Origin: Lentisphaeria bacterium
GTDB lineage: Bacteria > Verrucomicrobiota > Lentisphaeria > Victivallales > Victivallaceae
Direction: 5' to 3'
Assembly (NCBI GenBank): GCA_018265615.1
Contig: JABLYX010000019.1
Location: forward strand, 13,165-77,164
Length of the DNA stretch: 64,000 nt
Under the pieces are notes generated by a model. The model was not told the DNA's origin and searched no databases. It saw only the letters and a list, made by a program, of their open reading frames with translations. A program made the translations under genes and the position numbers. Below, piece after piece: positions 48,297 to 58,043 of the stretch; the stretch's first letter is position 1, and each line of letters opens with the position of its first letter.

Positions 48297-49281
48297 CTTT
48301 TCGCTTGATGATATAGCCGGGACGCCCCTTCACCTCTTCATAGATTCTCCAGATATACTCGGCAATCACGCCGAGCGACAGAAGGATCAGGCCGCTGAAA
48401 AAGGAGATGAAGAGAATAATGGAGGTCCAGCCAGGGACGGTAAGCCCCCAGAACCGGCTGTCTCCCCAGATCGCGATATACAGATAAAAAATAATGATGA
48501 TCAGGGAAAAGCCGGAAAACAGCAGCCCCATGCGGTTGATCATCATAATCGGGAAGGAGGAGGACGAAAAAAACGTATCCTTGGCCAATCGCAATTTCTT
48601 GCGGAACGACCAGCGGGAACTCTTCCTGTTGAGCCCCAACGGGCGCGAATACTGATAATAATACGGTTCGAATCCCAACCGCAGCACTTCGGAAATCGTC
48701 GCTGTGTTGATCGGGTGGATTTTCCGGTTGATGATATCAATCACCTCACGGTCAATAAAAAAGGTATCGGCTCCTCCGACCGGATACCTGACCTCCGAGC
48801 ACCAGTTCATCACAGTATAGAAGCATTCTGAAAAAATGCGGCTGAAGAGAGGGTCTTCCCGGTTGATGCGGTGCGGAATAATGATCTTATGCCCGTTCTC
48901 CCACAGGCGATACATGTCAACGATCGTCTCGTAAGGCTGCTGCTCATCATCCGGAATCGGCATGGCGCAGGCGCCGCGCACGACGGAAAGCCCGGCGAAG
49001 ATCGAGTAGTGGCTCGTGTAATTCCTGCTCAACTGGTAGGCGCGGACATTCGGAAACTTCTTTTCCAGTTCCAGCGCCATGCGGTATGATTCATCTTTCG
49101 AGCCGTCGTCCATCACGATGAACTCAAACGGAATCTTCTCCCGTTCCAGAAGTTCCTTCAACTTCAAATACGCTTTCCGAATCCGTTCTTTGCTGTAATA
49201 GGACAACAATATCACAGAAAGCGTCTTATCATCTTTCTTGCCGCCAACTGCTATATTCAACATGGTTTGACCTTTCGTCAA
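48283..49281 (-). CDS. GT2-family polyprenyl-phosphate glycosyltransferase (GtrB/CsbB/DPM1-like)
   Basis: GT-A motifs (LSVILLSYYS...DDGSKD) and two C-terminal TM helices, typical of GtrB-type UndP-sugar synthases. Confidence 0.85.
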   Translation of the reverse strand: MTKGQTMLNIAVGGKKDDKTLSVILLSYYSKERIRKAYLKLKELLEREKIPFEFIVMDDGSKDESYRMALELEKKFPNVRAYQLSRNYTSHYSIFAGLSVVRGACAMPIPDDEQQPYETIVDMYRLWENGHKIIIPHRINREDPLFSRIFSECFYTVMNWCSEVRYPVGGADTFFIDREVIDIINRKIHPINTATISEVLRLGFEPYYYQYSRPLGLNRKSSRWSFRKKLRLAKDTFFSSSSFPIMMINRMGLLFSGFSLIIIIFYLYIAIWGDSRFWGLTVPGWTSIILFISFFSGLILLSLGVIAEYIWRIYEEVKGRPGYIIKRKDENE

Positions 49282-49347
49282 TCATACTTCCGACTCAGAG
49301 CCATGCCCCGGATAAAAGGGCGTTCCCGTTTCTTTTCAACTGATTTA

Positions 49348-52300
49348 CTATTTTTCCATTATTTTGCAGAGTTCATAATTCTTTCTTCGCATGAACACAA
49401 AGCAGAGTCCACCTGTAATCAAAATCCCAAAAACCGATAAAATGTTTCCAACATGAGCTCCCGGAGCAGACCAGCGAACAGTAACCTCATGCTCGCCGGG
49501 AGGAACGGGGATTCCCAACAGACCATTGTTGATTCCGTAAACCTTTTCCGCCCTGCCGGAAACAGTCGCCTGCCAACCATCCTGGAAAGTTATGGGAATG
49601 CAAAGCATTCCGAACCTCCCCGAACGGTTATCCACTTTCCCCCGCCATGTCGAATGTGCATAACTGATGTTTGTCACGGGAGAAGATTTAAATGCGGCTG
49701 CTGCAGCATCAATTACCTTGTCAAAATCTTTTTGACGAATCAGAGAAAGTGACATCAACCTTGAGTTGTGATTAATACTTCTATTATTTACCATAAAACA
49801 AATCTCGGAAACAGTTTCCGACGGTAACGCCATTCGGTAAACCCTGCGTCCGGGCTCAGTCCGGAACACTCGCATATGCCCATCACAAATTGTTAAAAAT
49901 TCACAGGGGTATCTTCCGTCGTATTCAAGCTCAAGCATATGGAACCCCGATTGCGGATCTGCAATTGATACAGTTCCGGAATAAGACAATTTTCCTGAAA
50001 CATTTTGAGGTAAGGAAACTCTATTCTTTGTCGTTATGGGTGAACCGTTTCTGATGAGAGGAATACTTTCCTGAGGTAATGCTTCCTGTTTAGGGAATGA
50101 TTCAGGGAATAAGCTCGCAACAGCCGCTGCGTCAGAGCCGTCAACAAAATTAAAATGAGAAAGCCGCACACGAGAAAGCTCTTCATTCGTAAAACACTTA
50201 AGTTGATCGATGCTGATCCGATGCGTGTACAAATAGCCGAAGGGTAACTCCGTTTGCCGTGTTGATTTCCAAACCCCATTCAGGTTTTCCGGTTCCCCGT
50301 AACCAAATAATTTTGCTCCGGAATCAATGGAAATATGTGTGGAAATTCCCAGCAAAAGCTCTGTCGCGGGGTCAAGAAGAAATGAAAATTTGTTAGAATT
50401 GAAAACATCAACGGCTTCCGGCGCATATTTTTTTATCGTCGCGGGAAAAAGTGAATTATATGTGCTGACCCCCGAATAATTGTAAATCAACGGCCAGCCG
50501 TAGTGTTGAATCTTATCCCTCGAAGGCAAAAACAAGATCCTGCCGTCCGCACTCGATTCATCTACCACAGGTTTGACTTTGTGATAGATATCCCCTTGAA
50601 AAGCTCGAAAATTAAAAAAAGTCTTCTGCAAAGGGTGTCGTTGATTAATGGTCGGATTGTGCACTAAAAAAAGTTCGATTGCAACAACGCCCATCAATAA
50701 AAACGGTAAAAAACGGCAAATTCGACTTGCGGCCAGCCAGGAGAAAAATAAAAGATATATTCCAGACAAAATGGTAACATAAAGCAATACAGAAGAGCAT
50801 ACAGAAAAATATGCATATAATATAACCAAAACAAAAAACAAAAACATTAATGCAAATACATTAACTTGCCGATTTCTTTTCGGTTCCTTTATGTAATCTT
50901 CCAGAAAATTTACAATAATGACAATAGAAGAAAAAACAAAAATAAATGTCCAGCGATAAGCAAAGACATGTCGAAAGAAAAGCACAGCCAGTGGCAGAAC
51001 CATCATACCGGCAATGAACCAATATCGCCATTGGGGCCGAATGAAAAGATAATAGGCTGCGGCCCAAAAAACCAAAAGGCTGCTTGCCAAAACGGTCGCT
51101 TCATAATAATTATGTTGCACAAAATGAGATAAGACGCCAAAGTAATTGTTCGATATAAGCCGCCCCAGATAAATCATTACATCTTCAAAAGATGTGACTG
51201 CAAGAAAATTAGCTGCAGCCTTGGCGCCAACATCACTACGTCCCGATTTGCCGAAAAGCACCAGCCACGGTACGCTGATCCAGGCACTGATCATAAATCC
51301 AAGCATTCCGTTCAGAAACAATTGCAACTCATCCGTCAACCATTTTTTCAAGCGAAATCCGCGGAGTAACGAACGCGCCAGAAGATAAAATGCGGAAAAT
51401 ATTCCAATCATACTGAAGAAGTAAACAGAAAACATGCTCAATAACGCATAATTGAGCACACAGAAGAAAAAACTTTTCCTTTTATCAGATAATAGGAGTT
51501 CCAGCAAATACATGTTGATTGTAAAGAAAACCATCGCAGTCAAAAACTGGTAATGCTGCCCCCATAAAACATTGTAACTGGAAAAAGTCCACAGCATCAC
51601 CCCAATCCAAATAAAATAAGGATTACGGGCAATACGTTTAAAATAAAGCCAGGAGAAACATGCAATAACCAGATATTTCACCAATGCAATCCAAATCATA
51701 GCCTCCATAAACCGGTCAAGAGGCACAAAGAACAGAAGCAGTGAAAAGGGGTCCAGCAACTGCATCGTCAAAGTTACTGCTGAAACCCCTAAGCCCATTT
51801 GCCACAGCATCATTTGAAATGAGCCGCTTTTTAAATTCTCAATCAGGAATCGATAATATGGCAGATAACTTCGGATTGTATCGGATCCGATATCCTGAAA
51901 GCAGTAATAATACGGTCCCCAAATGTAATTCCGATAAAGCAGAAAGAAAATAATCAAGACGGATAGAATGATTCCATGAAAGGGATGGCGGGAAAAATAG
52001 TCCTCACTCTTTTTCAAAGCCCATTTCCCGGCAGAAAATATCTCTTCCAACCATCGTCCGACACAGATCGACAGCAGTAAAATCACAAACTCCGCCAGAG
52101 AGACCAGCAAAAGATTGATCCACAATATTGATTCGCACGGATACTGCTGAAAAAATTTCGAATTTGAAACCAGATAACAATCATTTCCGGAGGAACTCCA
52201 TTCACTTCCACGAGCAGTTTGCTTCCAATCCGCAACATGATTCCGACTGACAAAAACATCGGAAATTTTTTCACCGGAAATAAAATATGAAAAAATGAAA

Positions 52301-52665
52301 TTACGCTGGATGCGAATCGCACGAAGAGAAAATTGTTCTCCACTCCGGCTTCCGAAGTCAAACCGGAGCCGACGATATTCAACACTGGCGGGCAAACGGA
52401 AATGAAGAGCAGCAAATCTTCCGGGCGAATTGTACTCTTTCGTTTCACTCGCCTTTTGAGAATAAGTATCGGGAGAAAAAAAGGGATCGAGATAAAAAAC
52501 CTGGACAGCAGTGTCTCTCGTGGAAGACATCTCTACAAACACATCTGTTTTCAGGATGAACTGCAAAAGAATCGCATTTAAAACAACGAAGCAGAGAATG
52601 CCGATGCCAACACCCTTCGCATGCAATAGCCGCGATACAATACTCGGAGTAAACGCTTTTGCCAT
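49348..52665 (-). CDS. YfhO-family GT-C-type membrane glycosyltransferase (1105 aa; extra ~180-aa N-terminal domain; C-terminal TM anchor)
   Basis: ~13 TM helices, a large extracytoplasmic C-terminal domain, and a final TM helix (VGNILSVFGILITGGLCFVFMRRK), which matches YfhO topology. The coding DNA is conspicuously AT-rich (~35-40% GC). Confidence 0.7.
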   Translation of the reverse strand: MAKAFTPSIVSRLLHAKGVGIGILCFVVLNAILLQFILKTDVFVEMSSTRDTAVQVFYLDPFFSPDTYSQKASETKEYNSPGRFAALHFRLPASVEYRRLRFDFGSRSGEQFSLRAIRIQRNFIFSYFISGEKISDVFVSRNHVADWKQTARGSEWSSSGNDCYLVSNSKFFQQYPCESILWINLLLVSLAEFVILLLSICVGRWLEEIFSAGKWALKKSEDYFSRHPFHGIILSVLIIFFLLYRNYIWGPYYYCFQDIGSDTIRSYLPYYRFLIENLKSGSFQMMLWQMGLGVSAVTLTMQLLDPFSLLLFFVPLDRFMEAMIWIALVKYLVIACFSWLYFKRIARNPYFIWIGVMLWTFSSYNVLWGQHYQFLTAMVFFTINMYLLELLLSDKRKSFFFCVLNYALLSMFSVYFFSMIGIFSAFYLLARSLLRGFRLKKWLTDELQLFLNGMLGFMISAWISVPWLVLFGKSGRSDVGAKAAANFLAVTSFEDVMIYLGRLISNNYFGVLSHFVQHNYYEATVLASSLLVFWAAAYYLFIRPQWRYWFIAGMMVLPLAVLFFRHVFAYRWTFIFVFSSIVIIVNFLEDYIKEPKRNRQVNVFALMFLFFVLVILYAYFSVCSSVLLYVTILSGIYLLFFSWLAASRICRFLPFLLMGVVAIELFLVHNPTINQRHPLQKTFFNFRAFQGDIYHKVKPVVDESSADGRILFLPSRDKIQHYGWPLIYNYSGVSTYNSLFPATIKKYAPEAVDVFNSNKFSFLLDPATELLLGISTHISIDSGAKLFGYGEPENLNGVWKSTRQTELPFGYLYTHRISIDQLKCFTNEELSRVRLSHFNFVDGSDAAAVASLFPESFPKQEALPQESIPLIRNGSPITTKNRVSLPQNVSGKLSYSGTVSIADPQSGFHMLELEYDGRYPCEFLTICDGHMRVFRTEPGRRVYRMALPSETVSEICFMVNNRSINHNSRLMSLSLIRQKDFDKVIDAAAAAFKSSPVTNISYAHSTWRGKVDNRSGRFGMLCIPITFQDGWQATVSGRAEKVYGINNGLLGIPVPPGEHEVTVRWSAPGAHVGNILSVFGILITGGLCFVFMRRKNYELCKIMEK

Positions 52666-53019
52666 AATTATTCGAACCAGTCATTCACTCCGGCTGTTCA
52701 AGTTCTTTCAATTGCTCTATTGACGACGAGATCCGACATCACACTTTCCGCAGAATGTAATATACTTCATAAAATAAGTTTTACAACTTCAGCAATCCAT
52801 TTTGTCCGTTAAACGGCAAAGAATGCCGATGAGTTTCCCGAATCAAATATACCGTCAGCGCTGAAGTCGGTGCGGAAAGCGCAACAGCAGCAATTCCATC
52901 AACCCAAGCCGCCAGACCGGAAGCGGAAAAATTGTGGAAGAAGCATTGCTTTTTTATAATCCTCTAATTATGGATTGTCATCCATATTGATTTCCCTGCA
53001 AAAGCCACTATATTGAATC

Positions 53020-53850
53020 ATGGGACAAATGATAAAACTATTGTTTTGGATTGCCATGTTCGCCGCGCTTTTTCCGGCAGCTGCCGAGAGGGTGGTTTCT
53101 CTCAGCCCCAATCTGACCGAAACCATCGTCCGTCTCGGCGCGGAAGAACAGCTGGCCGGGCGCTCGGAATTCTGCGATTATCCGGAGAGCGTGAAGAAGG
53201 TCCCGGTTGCCGGGCGGTTCGGCGTTCCCGCGCTCGAGCCGCTGCTCGCGGTGCGGCCGACGCTGGTCGTTTCGGAAACGCTGCGCGACCGTAATGCGGC
53301 GGAACGGCTCCGGGAGCTCGGCATCCGCTGCGAGGAGTTTCCCGCCCGGAGTTTCGAAGACTATTTCACAAACCTCGAACGGCTCGGAAAACTGCTGGAA
53401 AAAGAAGAGGAATCCCGCCGGGAGATCGAACACGGGCGCGCGCTCATCGCGCGATGGGAGGCGGCAAACAGCGCCGTCCCGGCGGCAAAGCGGCCGGCGG
53501 TGCTCGTCGTCATCGGAACCTCCCCGGTCATCACGGCGGGGAAGCAGAGCTTCCTCACCCGGCTGCTGGAACTCGCCGGGGGCCGCAACCCCGCCGCCGG
53601 GGTTGACCGGAACTATTTCAGCTGTTCGTTCGAACAGATCCTGCTCTGGCGGCCGGAGGTGATCCTCGCGCCCGGCCTGCCGGCGGAACAGTTCCGCGAA
53701 CTCGAAAAAACTCCGGGGTGGTCGTCACTTCCAGCGGTGAAAAACAAGCGTGTCATCACCGGCTTCGACGCGGATCTGCTCTACCGGCTCGGACCGCGCA
53801 GCTTCGACGGAGTCGAAAAGCTGCGCACGCTTCTCAGACCTCAAGAGTGA
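53020..53850 (+). CDS. Periplasmic substrate-binding protein of the TroA/BtuF class (cobalamin/Fe-siderophore-type ABC transporter SBP); no cognate permease or ATPase nearby
   Basis: Signal peptide; class III SBP pattern (ERVVSLSPNLTE, RPTLVV). Confidence 0.7.
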   Translation: MGQMIKLLFWIAMFAALFPAAAERVVSLSPNLTETIVRLGAEEQLAGRSEFCDYPESVKKVPVAGRFGVPALEPLLAVRPTLVVSETLRDRNAAERLRELGIRCEEFPARSFEDYFTNLERLGKLLEKEEESRREIEHGRALIARWEAANSAVPAAKRPAVLVVIGTSPVITAGKQSFLTRLLELAGGRNPAAGVDRNYFSCSFEQILLWRPEVILAPGLPAEQFRELEKTPGWSSLPAVKNKRVITGFDADLLYRLGPRSFDGVEKLRTLLRPQE

Positions 53851-54670
53851 AGCCGTCGCAGGCGACTTCGATTCCGTGCGGGGTAAAGAATTTCACAAGG
53901 TCGTCGTGGTTCGCGCCGCAATTGTGCGTAAAGTGATTCACGACAGCCGGAGCATCCGGCGCAAGGCAGCCCATCTCGACGAGCCTCTTCCGGAATGCGA
54001 CGCTGGTGTTCGCCCCCATGTGCCCGTCGCGCCAGTCCGCCCCCTTCAGCCCGCCCGTGCTTTCGATCACGGCCGCATCGAGCTTCACGCCCTCGAGCAG
54101 CTTCCAGGACTCCTCGGAGAGCCAGCCGGTATCGTTCGCGACGAAGATGCTCTTCCCGCCGCGCGTGAACACATAGACCAGGGGATCGGAATGCCGGTCA
54201 TGGTTCGCACGGAGCGGCAGCAGCTCGAGATCGCCGTCCTTCAGCCGCTCGCCGGAACGCGCATGGACCGGCCGGATGAAGAGCTCGGCAAGGTCGCTGA
54301 CCGCTCCGCCTTTCGCCGCATGTTCAATGATCGTGCTGAAAATCCGGCGGTCGCCGATCACGGTCAGCGGCTTCGTCACCTGCGAAAAGTACGGGGAGCG
54401 CCGCCAGTAGACATCCGCCGGATTCAGGTGGTCGCTGTGCGAATGGGTGAAGACGATCCGGTCGATCGCCGTGAGGTCAATCCCGAATGCGATGCTCTGC
54501 CAGTAAGCGTCCGGACCGAAATCGATCAGCGTGTCGCCGTCGAGCAGATAGCTGCAGCGCCGCCGGATCTCCTTTCCGCCGAGCGTCTTCGCTTTCCTGC
54601 AAACCTCGCACTCACACCACAGCGCCGGAATCCCCTCCGCCGCCGCCGTCCCCAGAAACGTCAGTTTCAT
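53834..54670 (-). CDS. MBL-fold metallo-hydrolase (PhnP-like)
   Basis: HSHSDH metal-binding motif; beta-lactamase-fold segments. Confidence 0.8.
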   Translation of the reverse strand: MKLTFLGTAAAEGIPALWCECEVCRKAKTLGGKEIRRRCSYLLDGDTLIDFGPDAYWQSIAFGIDLTAIDRIVFTHSHSDHLNPADVYWRRSPYFSQVTKPLTVIGDRRIFSTIIEHAAKGGAVSDLAELFIRPVHARSGERLKDGDLELLPLRANHDRHSDPLVYVFTRGGKSIFVANDTGWLSEESWKLLEGVKLDAAVIESTGGLKGADWRDGHMGANTSVAFRKRLVEMGCLAPDAPAVVNHFTHNCGANHDDLVKFFTPHGIEVACDGFTLEV

Positions 54671-54808
54671 CGAACCATGCTCCCGATTTCAGTTGGTTGT
54701 TCCTGCAATGTAGCCCAACTCCACATCGAAATCAAGCCCGGAACTCACGTTTTTCTCATTTGCATTCCGGCGGCGGCGACCGTATATTACCTGAACAGGA
54801 GAAAATGA

Positions 54809-56488
54809 ATGAAACCAAGTGAAGAACCGAAATGCATTTTCGTCTCCGGGCACCGGAACCCGGACATCGACAGCATCGCCGGGGCTTATGCGCTCGCCGA
54901 ACTGCGCCGCCGTCAGAGCAGCATCCCGGTCACCGCGCTCTGCCCCGGCATCCTTCCGGACCGTGCGGCATATCTCTTCAAACGCTTCCGGCAGAAGCCG
55001 CCCGCGAGCCGCAACGACATCTATCTCCGGATCCGCGACATCCTCGAACCCTGTACCGTCGTCGAAGCCGGAACCACGCTGTTCGAAGCCGTCAACCTGC
55101 TGCGCGACTCCGGCATGCTGCGGCTGCCCGTCGTCGGGCATGACGGCAGGTTCCTCGGCATGCTGAGCTCGCTCTCGCTGCTCTCGCAGCTGCTGAACAT
55201 CGGCAGCTCCGACGGCAGCGACCTCGCCGGGCGGCGCATCCACAGCTCGATCGATCTGATCCGCGGCGTGCTTGAAGCGGAGGTGCTGACCGGCGCCGAC
55301 ACCGCGGACGAACAGGATTTCGACGTCTATGTCGCCGCAATGGGGCTCGACAGCTTCGAGGAGCACATTCCTGCGGGCAACCGCAACCTCGCGCTCATCG
55401 TCGGCGACCGCCCCGAGATCCACCTGCGCGCGCTGCACCGCGAGCTGCGGCTGCTGATCGTGACCGGCAACCGTCCGGTCGACCCGCTGATCCTCAAGGA
55501 GGCCGCCGCGCACCGGGTTTCGATCCTGAAAACCGGCCTCGACTCGGCCACCGTCATCCGCCGGCTGAAGTTCAGCACACCGGTCGAATTCACGCAGTTC
55601 CCGGACAACGACCTCACGCTCTCGCCGGACGACCGGCTGCGCGACCTGCGAAGCCGCATCCTCGCGTCTCCCGCCGACATCCTGCCGGTGCTCGACGCGC
55701 AGGGGCGCCTGGCCGGCGTCGTATTGAAGAAACAGCTCTCGGAGCAGCCGCCGTACCGCATGATTCTCGTCGACCACAACGAGCCGGAGCAGAGCCTCCC
55801 CGGCGTCGAGGAGATTCCGGTCGTCGAAGTCGTCGATCACCACCGCATCGGAATGATGCCGACCGCCGCGCCGATCCGCTTCACCGCGGACACCGTCGGC
55901 AGCAGCTGCACACTGATCGCGATGATGTACCGCAGCTGCGGCGAAAGCCTCACGCCGGAGCTGGCCGGGCTGCTGCTCGGGGGGATCGTCTCGGATACGC
56001 TGCTCCTCAGGTCCCCGACCACCGCGCCGCTCGACCGGCGCATGTGCGAGTGGCTCGAAAAGCTCTCCGGCGTCACCGGCGAAGAGCTCATGACCGAGCT
56101 CATGCAGATCGACTCCCCGCTCGCGGTCAAACCGGCCGGGGAGGTAATCGGCGGCGATTGCAAGACCTACACCGACGGCGACTACAAATTCGCGCTGTCG
56201 CAGGTGGAGGAGACGAATCTCGAGCTGCTGCACCAGCGCCGCGACGAACTCGCGGAAGAGATCCGCCGCCGCATCGAAGAGGAGAAGCTCGACTTCTTCG
56301 GGCTGCTCGTGACCGACGCGGTCCGCGAGAATTCCGAGCTGCTCGCGCTCGGCAGCGGCGACATCGTGCGCAGCCTGCCCTATGCGCCGGCCGGACCGGA
56401 CCTCTTCGCGCTGCCCGGAGTGCTCTCGCGCAAAAAGCAGCTGCTGCCGCAGATGCTCGCGATCACGGCGGCGCTCCGCCAGGAGTGA
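54809..56488 (+). CDS. CBS-domain-containing family II (Mn-dependent, DHH-DHHA2) inorganic pyrophosphatase
   Basis: DHH motif (FVSGHRNPDIDSIAGA), CBS pair and DRTGG insert, DHHA2 C-terminal domain (VDHHRIG, GGIVSDTLLL). Confidence 0.85.
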   Translation: MKPSEEPKCIFVSGHRNPDIDSIAGAYALAELRRRQSSIPVTALCPGILPDRAAYLFKRFRQKPPASRNDIYLRIRDILEPCTVVEAGTTLFEAVNLLRDSGMLRLPVVGHDGRFLGMLSSLSLLSQLLNIGSSDGSDLAGRRIHSSIDLIRGVLEAEVLTGADTADEQDFDVYVAAMGLDSFEEHIPAGNRNLALIVGDRPEIHLRALHRELRLLIVTGNRPVDPLILKEAAAHRVSILKTGLDSATVIRRLKFSTPVEFTQFPDNDLTLSPDDRLRDLRSRILASPADILPVLDAQGRLAGVVLKKQLSEQPPYRMILVDHNEPEQSLPGVEEIPVVEVVDHHRIGMMPTAAPIRFTADTVGSSCTLIAMMYRSCGESLTPELAGLLLGGIVSDTLLLRSPTTAPLDRRMCEWLEKLSGVTGEELMTELMQIDSPLAVKPAGEVIGGDCKTYTDGDYKFALSQVEETNLELLHQRRDELAEEIRRRIEEEKLDFFGLLVTDAVRENSELLALGSGDIVRSLPYAPAGPDLFALPGVLSRKKQLLPQMLAITAALRQE

Positions 56489-56493
56489 TCCGG

Positions 56494-57273
56494 ATGGCGT
56501 TCACGTTCGAACCGGTCGGCTTTGTGAAGTCCGGCGGCGGGAATTATCCGCAGGAGGCGCCGCGCCAGGCCGTATTCGCCCGGAACGAGGGCGTCATCGA
56601 GCTCCTGCCGGGCCGCTGTTTCGAACAGGCGCTCGAGGACCTCGCGGGATTCGAGCGTATCTGGCTCGTCTTCGTCTTCGACCGGAACAGCCGCTGGAAG
56701 CCGAAGGTGCTCCCGCCGGACGGCAGCAGCCGCAAGCGCGGGCTCTTCGCGACCCGTTCGCCGCACCGCCCGAATCCGATCGGAATCTCGGCGGTCGAGC
56801 TGGCCGGAGTCGAAGGCAGGAGGCTCTTCATCCGCAATTTCGACCTGCTCGACGGCACGCCGATCCTCGATATCAAGCCGTACGTTCCGGCAGCGGACGC
56901 ATTCCCCCTGGCGAAAGCCGGGTGGCGCGAAGAAGCGGGCCAGACCGTGCGCGCCGTCACCCTTTCCCCGGAAGCGGCGGCGGCGGCGGCATGGATTCTC
57001 GCCCGCGGCGGGCCGGATCTGGAAAACACCGCGCGCGTCCAGCTCGGCACCCGGGAGCCGGACGCCAGGCGCCAGCGCCTCGAACAGCTCCCGCAGCCGG
57101 GCCGCCGTCTCCTTGCGTTCCGCACCTGGCGCTTCGAATTCGAAGAAAAGGATGAGGCGGTGCATATCCATGCCATCATCTCCGGCTACACGGAGCCTGA
57201 GCTCGCGCCGGACGCGCCGGATCCATACGCCGACAAAGAGCTGCACCGGGCTTTCCGGCTGCGGTTCCCATAA
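56494..57273 (+). CDS. trmO: TsaA/YaeB-family tRNA (adenine37-N6)-methyltransferase
   Basis: Conserved TsaA core (FERIWLVFVFDRN, RSPHRPNPIGISAVEL, GTPILDIKPY). Confidence 0.8.
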   Translation: MAFTFEPVGFVKSGGGNYPQEAPRQAVFARNEGVIELLPGRCFEQALEDLAGFERIWLVFVFDRNSRWKPKVLPPDGSSRKRGLFATRSPHRPNPIGISAVELAGVEGRRLFIRNFDLLDGTPILDIKPYVPAADAFPLAKAGWREEAGQTVRAVTLSPEAAAAAAWILARGGPDLENTARVQLGTREPDARRQRLEQLPQPGRRLLAFRTWRFEFEEKDEAVHIHAIISGYTEPELAPDAPDPYADKELHRAFRLRFP

Positions 57274-57330
57274 AAAACGCCCCGCGAAGCAGACGCTCGG
57301 CGAGGCATTTACGTTCAAAAAGCGGAAAGC

Positions 57331-57906
57331 TTACCAGTTCTCGGCGAGAACCTCGAAGTGAGCCTGCGGATGCGCGCAGGCCGGGCAGACGTTCGGAGCC
57401 TCGAAGCCGACATGCAGATAACCGCAGTTCAGGCAGCGCCAGACGATCTCCTTCGGTTTCTTGAAGACGGTCGAGTTCTTCACATTCTCAAGAAGCGCGC
57501 GGTAACGGCGCTCATGCTGCTTCTCCGCGACGCAGACATGGTCCCACACCGCCGCGATCTCGGGGAAGCCCTCTTTGCGGGCGACTTCCGCGAACGCGGG
57601 ATAGAGGTTGTGCCACTCGTCATATTCGCCGCCGGCGGCTTCGGTCAGGTTCGTCGCCGTGTCGGAGATGATTCCGGCCGGGAAGCTCGCGGTGATTTCG
57701 AGTTCTCCGCCCTCGAGGAACTTGAAGAAGCGCTTCGCGTGCTCCTTCTCCTGGTTCGCGGTCTCTTCGAAGATATTCGCAATCTGGACGAAGCCCTCCT
57801 TGCGGGCGACGCCGGCGAAATAGGTGTAGCGGTTCCGCGCCTGGGATTCCCCGGAAAAGGACTTCAGAAGATTCTTTTCGGTTTCAGTGCCTTTGACGGA
57901 TTTCAT
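57331..57906 (-). CDS. Rubrerythrin
   Basis: Ferritin-like di-iron ExxH motifs (EKEHAKRF, EKQHERRY) plus a C-terminal rubredoxin-like CLNCGY...CPAC. Start set at the internal ATG with a GGAGGA RBS. Confidence 0.85.
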   Translation of the reverse strand: MKSVKGTETEKNLLKSFSGESQARNRYTYFAGVARKEGFVQIANIFEETANQEKEHAKRFFKFLEGGELEITASFPAGIISDTATNLTEAAGGEYDEWHNLYPAFAEVARKEGFPEIAAVWDHVCVAEKQHERRYRALLENVKNSTVFKKPKEIVWRCLNCGYLHVGFEAPNVCPACAHPQAHFEVLAENW

Positions 57907-58043
57907 AATGCATTTTCCTCCATATTGGTGTGCAATCTCATCACCGTGCGGGTCACGGTGCTCCAGCATGCTATACAGTAGCAGGCCTTTCGGAAAAAGT
58001 CAAGCCAACCGCCCCCGAAACTCCGGACGAATGGCGGCATTCC

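Noticed and set aside
57274-57330. Possible intrinsic terminator between trmO and rubrerythrin (A-run followed by a GC-rich segment)
   Set aside because: No stem of 5 bp or more with acceptable mismatches could be drawn by hand. It is left uncalled rather than guessed.
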